Assembly: GCF_006345805.1 (NCBI RefSeq)
Contig: NC_042999.1
Span: forward strand, 94,302,001-94,366,000
Origin: Octopus sinensis
Taxonomy: Eukaryota
DNA length: 64,000 nt
Direction of reading: 5' to 3'
A program made the position numbers and the translations under genes. Position 1 is the stretch's first letter; every line of letters begins with the position of its first letter. The notes under the pieces are model-generated. The model saw nothing but the letters and a program-made list of their open reading frames with translations. It did not search any database and was not told the DNA's origin. This document shows positions 49,066-62,829 of the stretch, in pieces.

Positions 49066-52060
49066 CATGCATGTATGTGTGTGTGTGCTGTCTATATATG
49101 TAATACGTATGCATAAAATATGTGTATATATATATATATATGCATACATATATATGCAGATGTTTATATGAATACAAACCTATGAACGCGTGTGTCGCTG
49201 GAGATGGGGTGTGCATACGTGCGTGCGTTGTGTATGTGTAGGTATGCGAGTGAGTGAGTGTGCGTATGTGTATGTGTAAGCGTGTGTGTTTGTGTGCGCG
49301 TGTGTTTCTGTGTGTACAGTATAAACTACTAGTCATACAATTTAGCAGCTTTGTGGAAATAAATCAAAGCTGTTACAGCCCGGATTTATCGCGCTATGAG
49401 GCAGAAAAAGGCATTTATTTTGTATACAGCAAGCACTGAATATCCTTGTTCCCAATTTTTATAGCTCTGTGTCATCTTTCACAGAATAGCATATTATAAA
49501 TGCCTCTCCATGTGTTTTGCAAAAAGGTGGTACTTTTTGCGTAGCATTTTACTATTCATGTTTCGTTACTGTTGGTGTAATGACATTCCTTTGGATGTAT
49601 GTACGTTGTTTGCCATATTCCTTTTTATTGTTAACACAGTCGTATTATGATATTTGTATATCGACATAAATTTCTTTGTAAAAATGTATTTCATTTAATC
49701 GTAATGTACTTGCTGTAAATATTGCATTTCTAAGGAAAGAAATGATCACTAAACAACTAGTGCCACCCATAGCTCACTCTTAATACTTTTATCGCCTTGT
49801 GATCTCACAGCACCCACACCTCAGAATCGCCATCGTCCGCTCTCGAAGAAGGCAGCACTAATCCTTCGTCAGAGCAAAAATACCAAACATTTTACTAAAC
49901 AGATAATAGTAAATTAAATCTAATCGAAGTGTAATTAATAAATGACGGACGACCGTTTCTCTGCCTCATCTACGTAACAGTGAATGCATTAACAAGGGCG
50001 CTTAGTTAATTACTGATCAGTGTCCTATATTATTTCGTAGACAGCTTCAAATATGTTAGACCATTTAAATAAACACTCACCTTAGACTCAATATAAAACT
50101 TTTATGTGTCTGTATTAAATCATTCATTTCACAGTAGGCTAAAAAAGGGATCGTCTACTTAAATTTTGTCCTTAAGCCTAAATTCACCATCTTTACACGT
50201 GAGTGACATCAGTTTTTTTAATATATATATGAAATTCATAATTATTTACAGTATGAACAAAATTGGACAGAAATAAGCTGATGAGTCTACTAGTATTATA
50301 TGCAACTAGAAATGTCATTTATAGGTATTTAGAAGATATCATTTAGCTTCTCGTGGTTGCATCACATGTTTTACCTTTCCACGTGGAGACATACATGCTG
50401 ACTAGTATACTATGGAGAGATTTTTCCTCTTTTTTCTCTATTAACAGAGATAAATGATACATTTATCAGAGTATTACCTTAATTTCAAATAACCAGACAC
50501 AATTATACGTATACAAATATATCTACATGTGTGTGTATATGTGAGTGCGTATGAAACTAGCAGATGGTGAGTTTGGTATCTCGTCGGCTAAACTACACTT
50601 ATAATTTAATGGGTTTCTTTTCTGTCGCACGTTCGGATGCCTCAACTACTCCCAACTACTCTACTCGGCTCTGTGCTAGTCTACCTTGACGTCTAGACGT
50701 ATCCTTCTATATCTACGTATTGGACTAGCCTACTTCATCGTCTGGGGGCGTCCATACAACAGTTTCTATGCCACACACGCTATATATCGATAAAAATGTG
50801 ATCGTCTTTGCATGTAAGCATGTTATCGAGTATCACTGCTTCAGTTAAATTTCGGAAGCTACAAAAATGTATCTCGTTTACAAGCAATTCATTTGGAAAT
50901 TTATTCACTAAGGTGTCATAGCTTCACAAATGTAATAAATTACCATTTAAATTTGTTACCATACAAATTTATATCTTTCTACATTAGAATCAATTAAATA
51001 CATATATTTCATTGTAGACATTCTATAGAAATATATATTGCATTTACTTGCAGGGCAAAATCAATTTTGTAAGGCCAATCATTTAGAAAGTCATTATTTA
51101 GCGTTTGCTATTTATATTATGTAAAAGAGATTTCAAACTCTCATGATAGAACTTGAAAAGATAATTTAGTAACATCTGAATACAACATGACTAAATAATT
51201 TTCTACAAAGGATTATTAATAATAAGTCTTTATCCAGATCTCCTAAATATTCTAGCTTTCTGAATACCAAGACCACTGTCATATATTCAATCATGTGAAT
51301 AACTATTTCTTACTTCAGCAAATGACCACAATATTTAGAAATGGCGGATACAAATCAATCGATGCAAGCTTATAATAGAAAGAGAGGGAGGAACATTCAA
51401 TAACGTCTAGATTATTTAAATTCGGAAACTGAAACGACGTAAATAAACTCAGTTAAGTATTTAAAATCCGGAACACTATAAATTCTAGCAGTGCATATGA
51501 TTATGCAATCTCAGATATAATTCAGAAATGTATGTGTGTGCGCGTATGAGTGCGTGTATATGTGTTAATAAATGCATATTAGTATGGTGCCCTGTAGGCA
51601 TAACCGATGCTACGGAGGAACTAACTCTCTCCTCGCAACAGAGGCGGGATTAGAAATTTGAATTTAAAATTAAGGAATAGGAGGAAGAAGATACATAGAA
51701 TTCACATGTATATTTACTACGAAACGTGATATGTCATTAAACTTAAAGATGATAAAAATTTCAGTTTGGAAGAAAATCAAGAAATGTTTTTCCTTCTTCA
51801 TAGAACATTGGTAGTTTAGGAAGAGCGTGTGAGAGAGACAACGTTTTTTTATGTTTACGTACCGAGTAACAGTTGTGTCCAGGGTAATTCTACCTGGCGA
51901 GAATATCTTAAGATATTCAGCAGTTTCAGCATCAGTTACAAGCGATTTCACAAACCGCTTTCTATATATTCCTTGAGGTATAGACAACTTCTTCATGCTG
52001 TTATCTCCAATAGGATACCTTTCGCGTAGTCGAAGGGAAATCCTTCATAATCAAAAGTAC

Positions 52061-52126
52061 TCTCGTTTGACTGATGTACAAAGGACAGAAGGAACAGGAG
52101 ATGCAGTAAATGACGTTGCTAGAAGT
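52061..52126 (-). mobile_element. PLE GIY-YIG N-terminal snippet
   Basis: TSSNVIYCISCSFCPLYISQTR (compare SSNVIYCISC..C..LYIGQTGR), abutting (TA)n. Confidence 0.7.
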
Positions 52127-52167
52127 GTATGTATGTATATATGTATGTCTGTATGTATATTATATGT

Positions 52168-52245
<78 letters not shown>

Positions 52246-52269
52246 TATATGTATGTATGTATATATATA

Positions 52270-52850
52270 CTCTTTTACTCTTTTACTCTTTTACTTGTTT
52301 CAGCCATCCGGCTGAGGCCATGCTGGGGCACCGCCCTTGTTGCTACCCTCTCTAAGTCCAGTTTGCCGTGGCTGGCCACTGATCTAAGAGAGAGTTTGTA
52401 GCTGCTGCCCTTAGGTTACCTTCGTACCTTGCAGTGGGTTCATCTGGGATCCCGGAAAGCAGCTTGTCTAGATGTTTTTTGAAAATGTCCACATCCGCAT
52501 CATGTAGATCTCTTAGTTTTCTTGGCAGTTTGTTGAAAAGCTGAGGGCCCCTGAACCCCAGGCTATTACAGTATCTGCTCCTTACCCTGGATGTGGAAGA
52601 CGGGACCTTTGGCACCACACAGTGACGTCCTGTACGGGGATTGGAACAGCTCTCAATTCCAAAATTTGGTGCTAGTCCCTCCAGGATTTTCCATATGTAT
52701 ATCACTGCATATCTCTCTCGTCTTCGTTCCAAGGAGTACAAATTGAGTTCCTTAAGCCTCTCCCAATAGTTCTTTTCTTTCATGGTGGAAATCCTCTTGG
52801 TGAAATGTCTTTGGATTGTCTCAAGCTCTGTGGTTAGTTTGTCACTATGC

Positions 52851-52851
<1 letters not shown>
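52270..52851 (-). mobile_element. CR1-group LINE 3' end with open ORF2 C-terminus and 3' UTR tail
   Basis: [65 protein letters not shown]; then the tail GGCGGTGCCCCAGCATGGCC..GAAACAAG(TAAAAGAG)n. Confidence 0.95.
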
Positions 52852-52852
<1 letters not shown>

Positions 52853-52900
<48 letters not shown>

Positions 52901-52924
52901 ATTATATATATATATATTATATAT

Positions 52925-53005
<81 letters not shown>

Positions 53006-53028
53006 TATATACATATATATATATATAC

Positions 53029-53076
<48 letters not shown>

Positions 53077-53318
53077 CATATATATATACATATATATACA
53101 TATATTTTATACATATATTTATATAAACATATATATATATATATATTAATATATATATTGTATGTATATATATATATGTATATGAAGGTCTTAGTTGCCA
53201 ATTTTGTACAAGACATTGTAGATCTTTAGCTAGGCTAAAAAGTCACATTCAATCACACCACCAGTAACAGTTAAACTTCGTGCAATGATCATACTCGATA
53301 ACGAGGGGGCAGCCATAA

Positions 53319-53363
<45 letters not shown>

Positions 53364-53464
53364 TATAATATATATATATGTGTTATTGTGTATGTGTATA
53401 TATATATATATATGTGTGTGTATATATATACGTATATATATATAAATATATATGTGTGTATGTG

Positions 53465-53496
<32 letters not shown>

Positions 53497-53650
53497 TATA
53501 AGTGTGTGTATATATATACGTATATATATATATATAAATACGTGTGTGTATGTATGTATGGATGTATGTATATATGTATGTACGTATGTATGTCCGAGTG
53601 TTTGTATTTTTTGTGTGCGTTCCTCTACATGTATGTATGTATGTGTGTAT
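52853..53650. repeat. (TA)n-rich microsatellite field with a short unique island
   Basis: Direct inspection. Confidence 0.9.
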
Positions 53651-54424
53651 GCGAGAATTATTTAAGAACATATTTGCTAATTTAAGAATGCAATTCTTAT
53701 ATAGCAAACTCCACATGTATTTTAATAATGTACACAATTTCTCGATAAATTTCTTATGATCTTATTCTATAGAACTGCATTTGATGATTGCTTCAACTGA
53801 ATTTTAATATGTCTGCACGAAATAGTCCTTATACATATTTACCATTATATGGACAAAGGTAGACTTTACTGGAGCTTTGCTATTGTGGCCATGTTACTTA
53901 AACATGCTTTTAGTTACACTGAAAATGTGATGAATATAATGTAAATGTGGCGAGTATGGAGCAACAAGTTTAGTGTTAAATGATTATAAAGTTTTGTTGG
54001 CATCCATTCGTGTATTATGTGAGCGTTGCGAGAAGAGCCTGATACGAGTTGTAACAGGAAAGGCCTTCCACTGCAAAAATCTACCATTCAAGATTTAACC
54101 ATGTTTCCTACACCACAACATATCTGCAGGCGTTAAATTTCAGACCCTGTGAAAGATGTGAGTTATATAGCATGTGTTTCTTTCCTCACTTATCCTATAC
54201 CCAACACACCAGCTGGTGTAAGACGCTCTGCAGACTTCATAAGAATCTACATTTAATAATTTACTACTTCTTCTGTCCAACATTTGGTTGTTATTTATGT
54301 TATTTTCAGCAAAGAACCGAATATTACCATTTTCAAAGGGCTTTTAAGCTTCTAATTAACCATTTACCACGGGTTAGACGGTTTTCCTGTGTCTTTGCAC
54401 ATATGGATTGGCCTCCTTACACCA

Positions 54425-54897
54425 GTTGTCTGCACTTTGCTGCGAAGTTAGTAATGTGCATGTGAAATGATGCATCATTGCTCATACTGATGCCCAGGTC
54501 TCTCACTGTTTGTGACTCTGTGATTGCAGTATCTCCGTGTCCTGTAAACATCAGTTGTGTAGCCTTTGTGATCTTATAGCACAGTGATTAAAACTTTTGA
54601 GCATTAAATTGCATATTATTTTGCTCTCTCCACTGGTATATTGCGTTTAGGTAATTTACGACATCATTAGGACGCTTTATTGTCTGTGATAATGTTGTAT
54701 CATTGGCGTAGCTAGTGACAGTGGTTGTCTGTGTGACTGTGGGCATGTCTAAGACGGCTACTATAAACAGTAATGGCCCTAAGACAGTTCCCCGAGGGAC
54801 ACCGCTTGAAATTTGCTTCCCTAGAGTGTGCACGATTGGATGCAACCGTCTGACTTCCATCATTTAGTAAGTAATGCAGCCACTCTGCTGCATAACT
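54425..54897 (-). mobile_element. CR1-group LINE RT fragment, disrupted
   Basis: EWLHYLL..; SSGVPRGTVLGPLLFIVAVLDMP..SYANDT..NNMQFNAQKF*..VRDLGISMSNDASF. Confidence 0.92.
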
Positions 54898-54937
54898 TAC
54901 TAAACACACACACGCATATATATATATATACATATAT

Positions 54938-55102
54938 ACGACGGGCTTCTTTAAGTTTCCGTCTACCAAATCCACTCAAAAGGCTTTGGTCGGCCCGAGG
55001 CTATAGTAGACGACACTTGCCCAAGGTGCCACGCAGTGGGACTGAACCCGGAACCATGTGGTTGGTAAACAAGCTACTTACCACACAACCACTTTTGCGC
55101 CT
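54938..55102 (-). mobile_element. 5' half of the CAGCATG-tail SINE
   Basis: ACGACGGGCTTCTT..CGTCTACCAAATCCACTCA..GACACTTGCCCAAGGTGCCACGCAGTGGGACTGAACCCGG. Confidence 0.92.
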
Positions 55103-55105
55103 ATA

Positions 55106-55152
<47 letters not shown>

Positions 55153-55442
55153 CTAGAAGAGATACCCGGTGTGGCTCGGTATTAAGATGGCATTGTTTTT
55201 CATCGTCTTACTTGTTTCGGTCATGTGACACTTCAGCCATGCTGGAGCACCGCTTTCTGGGGCGAAGATAACAAAATAAGAATACTCGTGAAGGAGTGAA
55301 GATATAATATATATTTGGCAAAAAAAGTAAAATTACTATCCCGAATTACAACAATATCGGTTTCAACACACAATTTCACATCAGGAATCTTGCAATACAA
55401 ATTGATAATCGGAAAAAAATTAAATATATTATATATATTTTT

Positions 55443-55865
55443 GTCTTTTATCACTTTCAGCTGAAACCTCTGGCCATGCTGGGGCACCGCCTTGTTACTA
55501 CCCTGTTATTATTCAGAACTTCCTCTGATATGTGGCATTTGGTGAATAAGGGAGTTTGATGTTGCTGCCCTCATATGCACCTCCTGATGCTAGGTAGATT
55601 TTTCTGGGACTCTCGACAGGAAAAGATCCAATTTTAATTCGAAAACACCTACATCCACTTTGTGTACTTCCCTCAGGCTCTTTGAGAGAATATTAAAAAT
55701 TTGTGGGCCGCTGAAACCCAGGCTGTTCCAGTGACTGGTCCTGAAGCGCGACGGCGTTGTTGGGGGTGTTTTGCACTATGCAGTGTCGACCTGTCCCTGC
55801 CATTTGTGTAGCTTTCAAAGCTAGTATCTTCCAGATGTATACTATAGCACAGCACATCTCACATT
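55443..55865 (-). mobile_element. CR1-group LINE 3' end, degenerate, with tail
   Basis: IVYIWKIL..TGRHCIV..NSLGFSGPQIFNIL..DVGVFELKLDLFLSRVP..MRAATSNSLIHQ; then GGGTAGTAACAAGGCGGTGCCCCAGCATGGCC. Confidence 0.9.
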
Positions 55866-58384
55866 CTTGTTTCTAAGTATGCATTGGCTAATATTATCTC
55901 ATTACATTAAAAACAAAATAAGTTGATTTATACGAAATTTTGCGTTATTTCTAACACACCGAGCCATCAAGTACAGACTTTGTCTTTAGTCTGATCATTA
56001 TGACTGACTGCTGTGAAAATTAAATTAGAATAATACTAAAATTAAATGATTAGACTCGGTTCCAGTCATCGTTTGAACATTATTTCACTTCACTTATAAT
56101 TGGTAATACGTACATTTCGTAGCTTCTAAACTAGTGACTGAAATATTAGTCACGTCAGTCAAGTAAATAGAAACAAATATCTCAGAAAAATTATGTTAAC
56201 ATGATACATTATCTTTTCTATCAAATTTCTTTCTATTTAAATATTGGTTTCAAAGATCCGAGACTTGGTAATTTCACATAAATATAAAACATTAAATACA
56301 AGTGATATTTAGATAACACTTAGAGTGACATATAACTAAGCTAGACACTGGTTGTCTCAAGATCGTTAACTGAAGTGAACAATTTGACAAGTTGCTTTAC
56401 AGATTTTATACCATCAGACGCTGAAGTATGTGATACAACTTGGGATCAGATGTCTTTTTTTTTAATCTGAAATAGTGAGGCAAAAATGTATATTCCAAAA
56501 GTGTTTTATTTTGATATGAAATTGGCTACCATTTAAATGTATCTATATGCACACTTACAGGCATAAACATACTGATACACACAAAGCACGCATACTTACA
56601 GACACGCGCATATATATTGCCTGTACACCAACTTTAGAATTTTGTACTGATAAGCGCCTCGAACTATGTTTCTGAAATTAATAAAAAGAATCATAAAATA
56701 GATATAGATAATATATACATTCGACGTGCTAAGATATATTCAATATTTTATTCAGTAGGGCTAATCTTGATCATTGGCTGAAAATCATCGCACGTGCATA
56801 TATACGTGTGTGTGCGTGTGTATTAGGGCCTGTGGCTTAGTGGTTCGAGCGTTGCATACACGTGGGTTCGGTTCTCGGACAGAGCGCTTCTGAAAATCGA
56901 AATGTGTTCTTCAAATGTGTCCACTTTGCTCTGGTGGTAGAAGAGTGGTAGAATCGTCACCGAGTCGGCAGAAATGCTTTATGGTATATCTTCCAGCAAT
57001 CTAAATTCTGAGTTCAAAATCCCGGCTGCTGCATGTAGAAGAAAACGGGAAACCGCTCCAACATTATCCCAAGTTTAGATCACATCGATCCCAATAATTC
57101 GATTGGTACTTAGTTTCTCAACCCCAAATCATTTGTAATATTAAATGCAAAAACCACTACTACCCAATGAAAAACATGTGAAAACCATGAGAAAAACCAT
57201 TCCACAATCCTGGGTTTTTTTCCTATGATAATAACTCGAATCTTTAATGTACGAAAATATATAAATATAATTTCTGGAACTTAATTCGTACATCACTATC
57301 TGCTTAATAAAGGTTTCCTTATTTGGATTGTTCAGCTAATCAGTGGGTGTGGGTGTTTGTGTATGTGTGTGCGTGCGTGCCCCTGTGTGCTTTCCAACAA
57401 CCAGGTTAGGATTAAATTTTCTTGAATAAGGAAGGCTGAAGATTACGATTGAATACATCTTTGTTCTCTTGAACAGCGCTAATTGAATAGATATATGACA
57501 GAAAGCTTTCTAACACTTACGAAGTTTACGGCCAATAATTTTATTTACATTTTACGATGCGTAATTTTTATACTGGGTCGGTTCGTAATTCCTGCAACAC
57601 AAGAGTTCGTATTATGCTTTTCCCTATAAACGGTTACTGTTATAATAATAAAGATAAATATACATTCTGGGAATTCCAGTTTTCTCGAGAAATATAACAT
57701 TGTTTTGTTTTCATGGTTCCTACGAAAAGTGTATTCACTATTTTGAAATCTAACATGCTATGGCATTTTCCTGTTGTTTTGGTATCAGAGGATGCTAACA
57801 TTATTCCTTGTAATAAGGACACTTTGCACCCTATTTCATATTCATTTAGAAGGTGCGTCTTCAACGTATAATGCAAGAATACCTTCATATTTACGCAGCA
57901 AAATATACTCCACTGTTTTCCATAGACAAATTCTTGGAGCGTACATCGTCTGACGGAGTTATTAATTTACTTGTGTTCCAAAAATCTCAACGGAAGTAAA
58001 GTATATTATTGTAATCATGAGACCTGCCAAAAATCATAAAATAATAAGGAAGAGAAACACTTGTCATCTACTTCGACACGTTTTCTTTTTTTTTAAATAA
58101 AGAAACCTGTAACATAAAGTTAAAATATAAAGTGCGGCTGAAATCAGGAAGCATAAAGTATGTTCTTCGAAAGGGCAGCGTAAAACAAAATCAGATTAAA
58201 AATTCCTGTCTGTGAATGAAAATAATCCGATCAGGCTTTTAATAAAATTGAATTTGGATGATTATAAAACAATTCAATATTTATGTATTTAACATAAGAA
58301 ATAGTGAGGATTACGCTTAAATGCAGATTTACACATAGTGCATCATTCCAGGAATTATTTGACCACATTTACGCACAAACACAA

Positions 58385-58415
<31 letters not shown>

Positions 58416-59813
58416 AAATGACATAAACACACTTATATAAATTTATGAAATAAAAACGATGGAACGAGCAGAATAAATAAAATTGACAAGTTATTTCTGT
58501 GCTATGCTGAGTTAAATATACCACGTTATAATATAAGTATTATATAAATAAATAGGACCCTTCAATAGCTGTGCATCCGCACGTCTTCAGGTGAGTGGCT
58601 CTGAGAGCTCTGCAGAATTACGTTCAATTACCCATTGTTTTATACCTCTCTTCTATTTCTAGAATTCTCTTTATACATATAGATTCAAATATATATAAGT
58701 CTTAAGAATACCAAGTAAAATAATGGCATTAACAATCAAAAATATATATTATCATGTAAATAGAACAAAATTAGTTCATGTACATAGAAACCAAATGTAT
58801 AAATATGAATTAACGAAATCTAAAACTAGGGCTTTTTAATAGTAAACATCCCCCTCTTTATGAAGATATATTAACATTCTAAGATGTTAAACTATCTTCT
58901 TAAAAAGAAAGGTTTTATACTATTAATAGTATGATATGGTAAAATCGGATCTGTCGTGTTAAAACCTCTCCTATCATTTCACGAAATTCAGAAATGTAGA
59001 AACGTACATGCAATGAAACTGAGTCCCACAATATTCATCCAACTAGAATAACATTACCAATAACACAAATGCGTAGACGCTTGAAATCACTTCATAGTAA
59101 TCTTTTGCATATTTGCTTTCTTTGCAATTTCATTTTCATCCTCTCATGACCTCTTGCTATTTTTTTCAACGCCATTTTTCTGTTCCCACACTATGTTTAT
59201 CATATCCCCCACTATATTATGCAGGTATACTTCAATCCAATAGATTAAAATGATACAATATTTAACCCTTTTTATCGAATGCTTTATTTTTGATATATAT
59301 TTATTAACTATGTTTGTGCACGTTTTGTTTTTTATAATTTTTTTACTTTACATATACAAACAAAAAGAAACATACTTTCATACAGTAGAAATACAATTAT
59401 GAATAGTTTCTAAATTTTACATATCTTCTCTAGATATTTATATATGACTGTTTCTAATCTTAAACATAATCATATCAATAATTATAATTAAGGATTTACA
59501 CTCTCAGTCGCTTATGTTTTAGGCCATCACTTTTCTACCCATCTGAAATCTTTATTAATATTGTAAGCTTATTTGGGTGATATATTCTTATTTAAGCAGC
59601 AATTATAAGTTAAATATCGTTCAAATTTAACATGCAATTTCCAATATAAACTGAAAGACCTTCAACATAAACTTCTCCCTATAGAGTATAATCAACATCA
59701 ATGTGATAGTTTCATCATTACCTCTAATCTCACTTCAGAGCAAAAGAAGATAATGAGGGTTTTTTAAGGGAAGTAGGTTTGGAAAATAACACTGACTAAA
59801 GATAATTTTAAGA

Positions 59814-59900
59814 AAGTCCCGGGGTCGATTTGCTCGACTAAAGGCGGTGCTCCAGCATGGCCGCAGTCAAATGACTGAAACAAGTAAAAGAGTAAAAGAG
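59814..59900 (+). mobile_element. SINE 3' tail fragment
   Basis: GGGGTCGATTTGCTCGACTAAAGGCGGTGCTCCAGCATGGCCGCAGTCAAATGACTGAAACAAGTAAAAGAG. Confidence 0.9.
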
Positions 59901-60039
59901 TATAAAACGTGCACATTATTTCAAATATCAGCAGACAAAACTCTTACCATGTCTGTATTGACAGACCTGAACTTATCACATACATTTAAAATACCATTGT
60001 TAGAGTTCACAAAGTCATGTTTGGAGTGCATGGATGATG

Positions 60040-60375
60040 CTCTATATACTGGCTCTCCGTTGGTTACGGCGACCAGAGATTCATTTGATCCGATCAACGG
60101 AACAGCCTACCCGTGAAATTAACGTGTATGTAGCTGAGCATTCTACAGACACGTGTACTTTTAACATAGTCCCCATGGAGATTCAGCATGACACAGAGTG
60201 GGAAACAGCTGGCTCTTTGAAATACAGATGGTACTCATTTTTTCTAGCTGGGTGAAGTTGACCAACATAAAGTAAAATGTATTGCTCGAGGAAAGCACGC
60301 ATCGCTGGGAATTAAACACTCGATCTTGCGACCGTGAGCCGAATGCTCCAAACCACTAAGCCACGTGCCTCCACT
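60040..60375 (-). mobile_element. Full-length tRNA-derived CORE-type SINE
   Basis: Head GTGGAGGCACGTGGCTTAGTGGTT, central CCCAGCTAGAAAAATGAGTAC, tail CACGTTAATTTCACG..GCTGTTCCGTTGATCGGATC. Same head type as 7565. Confidence 0.8.
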
Positions 60376-61559
60376 GTGTTATATGCACAAGCGAAAAATT
60401 AATAAACCTCGTCAATTCAAGGTAGCATCTTGTGTTGAGTTGCCTTTACAACATAAGTGTTATCGACAAATATTCAATCTATTTGCATGCTAAATACAGA
60501 GAGAATTTTTATTTATGGATTTTTTTTGATATTGAAAGATATTTTAGACGCCCCCAAAACTCTATATACAATCTATCGATATTTAGAGTTCACCTTCCGA
60601 AGCTGCCTTAAGCGTCGAAACCTCCCTGCAAGTTAAGTGTTCTTCGTTTATATATCGTAGAAGGTTGAGAACTATTTTACAAACGATTTATCTGAAGTTC
60701 TGTTATACCAAATATTAGCAGAACTCTAAACTGCGTGCTGTGTTTTAGTATTTTTATTCGTATGAATTATTACAGGTGTGACACAGTTCAGCTATTTCTC
60801 TTGTACTGAAAATATATCAGTTTCCACTGCGCTATATCTCCCGACCTCAATCTCCCTTCGTGCTCTTCATTTATGACTTTTTAAATATCATTTTTCCTTT
60901 ATTATTTCTGCATTTCTATATAGTCACTTCGCCCTCGGCATATTGCTGTGTATCTCCATTCATTAAGTGCTGTTAGAATGTAGTTTACAGAAGAAAAGAA
61001 ATTGATAAACATATGGCCCCTTTATTCTCAAAACTGGAAAATGTAACGGTAACTGGTCTAATCAATCGTGTAGACCACTTAACGTCATAGATATTTTTTA
61101 TTGTATTTTTCTGTTTTTATAACCTCACATGCTGTGAATTATTTTTCTCTGTACTCTCAAAATATTAATTCTATCGAAATATTTATTTTTCGTTCCCGGC
61201 TTGTATTACTCTACAATTCCTTAGTTTCTCTTATTTCCTTATCAATCCACTTATGAATTTTATTAGGAATCATAACATAATACACATATTTTTCAGTTTA
61301 TTTGGTATGCATCATTTCACATGACTACTTTTAAGTCCTCTGTGTTAATTGAAATCTAAATCATCGTGTTATCTGTTGCCAACTAATGTGATCTTTCCAT
61401 AATGAAGAGCCTGAAATTTTAATGTATTAAATTTAGGATTGTGTTTATCTGCCCATCAATAATGGAGTTAGGGTAACCATCAATATTTTTGTATCATCAG
61501 TTTGACTAGTTAGGTCGGGGAAGAGGACTTGTGAACTAATGCCTAATACAATGAAGAAG

Positions 61560-62075
61560 ACTAATAATAAACCTAGAACTTATAACAGATGACTTATCAG
61601 AGACAAAATCATTTGTAGAAATAGATTGATTTCTTCCCCTGCAAGAAGTCAAAGAGCCATTCTCCGAGTTTTCCTATGATATTGAGATCCGTTAACCTAT
61701 TCCATGATTAATCTTGTCAAACGCTTTAGCAATATCTAGGCCTATATGCATGCAGTCAGTGATCATTCTCCTCAAGAAATTAATGGGGACAGTGTTATGG
61801 TGCTGTAATAGCTGTGACAGGCAAATTAATGCGGTTCAAATACTATGTTGGGTATCATTTAAGAGGTTGTTTTCCTCAAGGTACGAAATTTGTTTACTTC
61901 TTCTTTGGATAACAACTCTGTTTTTTGGGGGCTTTTTTTTAGCTTCTGCCCCGCTACATAATTTGTGTATAGCTGTTACTACTGCATCTTTCAGTAGTTC
62001 TGAAATATGTCGATATCTAGCATCTTTTGAAATTGCCTCTTTCAGTCGTTTGGTATGGTTGCTTTTTCACGTTTT
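61560..62075 (-). mobile_element. CR1-group LINE RT N-terminal fragment, degenerate
   Basis: ELLKDAVVTAIHK; YLEENNLLNDTQH; CLSQLLQHHN; LDIAKAFDKINHG; IIGKLGEWLFDFLQG. Confidence 0.85.
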
Positions 62076-62216
62076 TAACAATATTTATGCGTGTGTGTGT
62101 GTGTTGCAATCGATCGATTGATAAAATTGGAGTATGAACGCACTTAAATCCTTATATTAAGCAACAGTGAGCAGATAAGAAATACATGTGATGCATGTAA
62201 CCCATTATTACTATCC

Positions 62217-62362
<146 letters not shown>

Positions 62363-62394
62363 CATACATACATATATATATATATGTATGTATG

Positions 62395-62425
<31 letters not shown>

Positions 62426-62426
62426 G

Positions 62427-62488
<62 letters not shown>

Positions 62489-62491
<3 letters not shown>

Positions 62492-62765
62492 ATACAAAAG
62501 CCTAACTTTAGATACCTCGTATACTTGCTATCAAACAACAAATCTATCGCTAAGTAGTATCTTACGAATAAACTTAAATTTAATATCTAATAATATAGAA
62601 AATTACGATAATTAGATCATTACATAAACAACGATATTTACATAAGGAAAATATTATTACACCAAAGACTTATAAAATATTAAAATTTACAATTTAAAGA
62701 TCTTAAATATAAATAAATACTTATCTTAGCGATGTTTTGTAATGAGAGAGAGATGTATGTATGTA

Positions 62766-62829
<64 letters not shown>

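Noticed and set aside
50272-50330. CTGATGAG...GAAA as another hammerhead
   Set aside because: Stem II does not pair at its base, there is no palindromic or paired stem III, and stem I is poor.
58555-58600. Consensus donor CAG|GTGAGT (another at ~50574, ATG|GTGAGT)
   Set aside because: No adequate upstream acceptor or coding signal; isolated donors are expected by chance in 64 kb.
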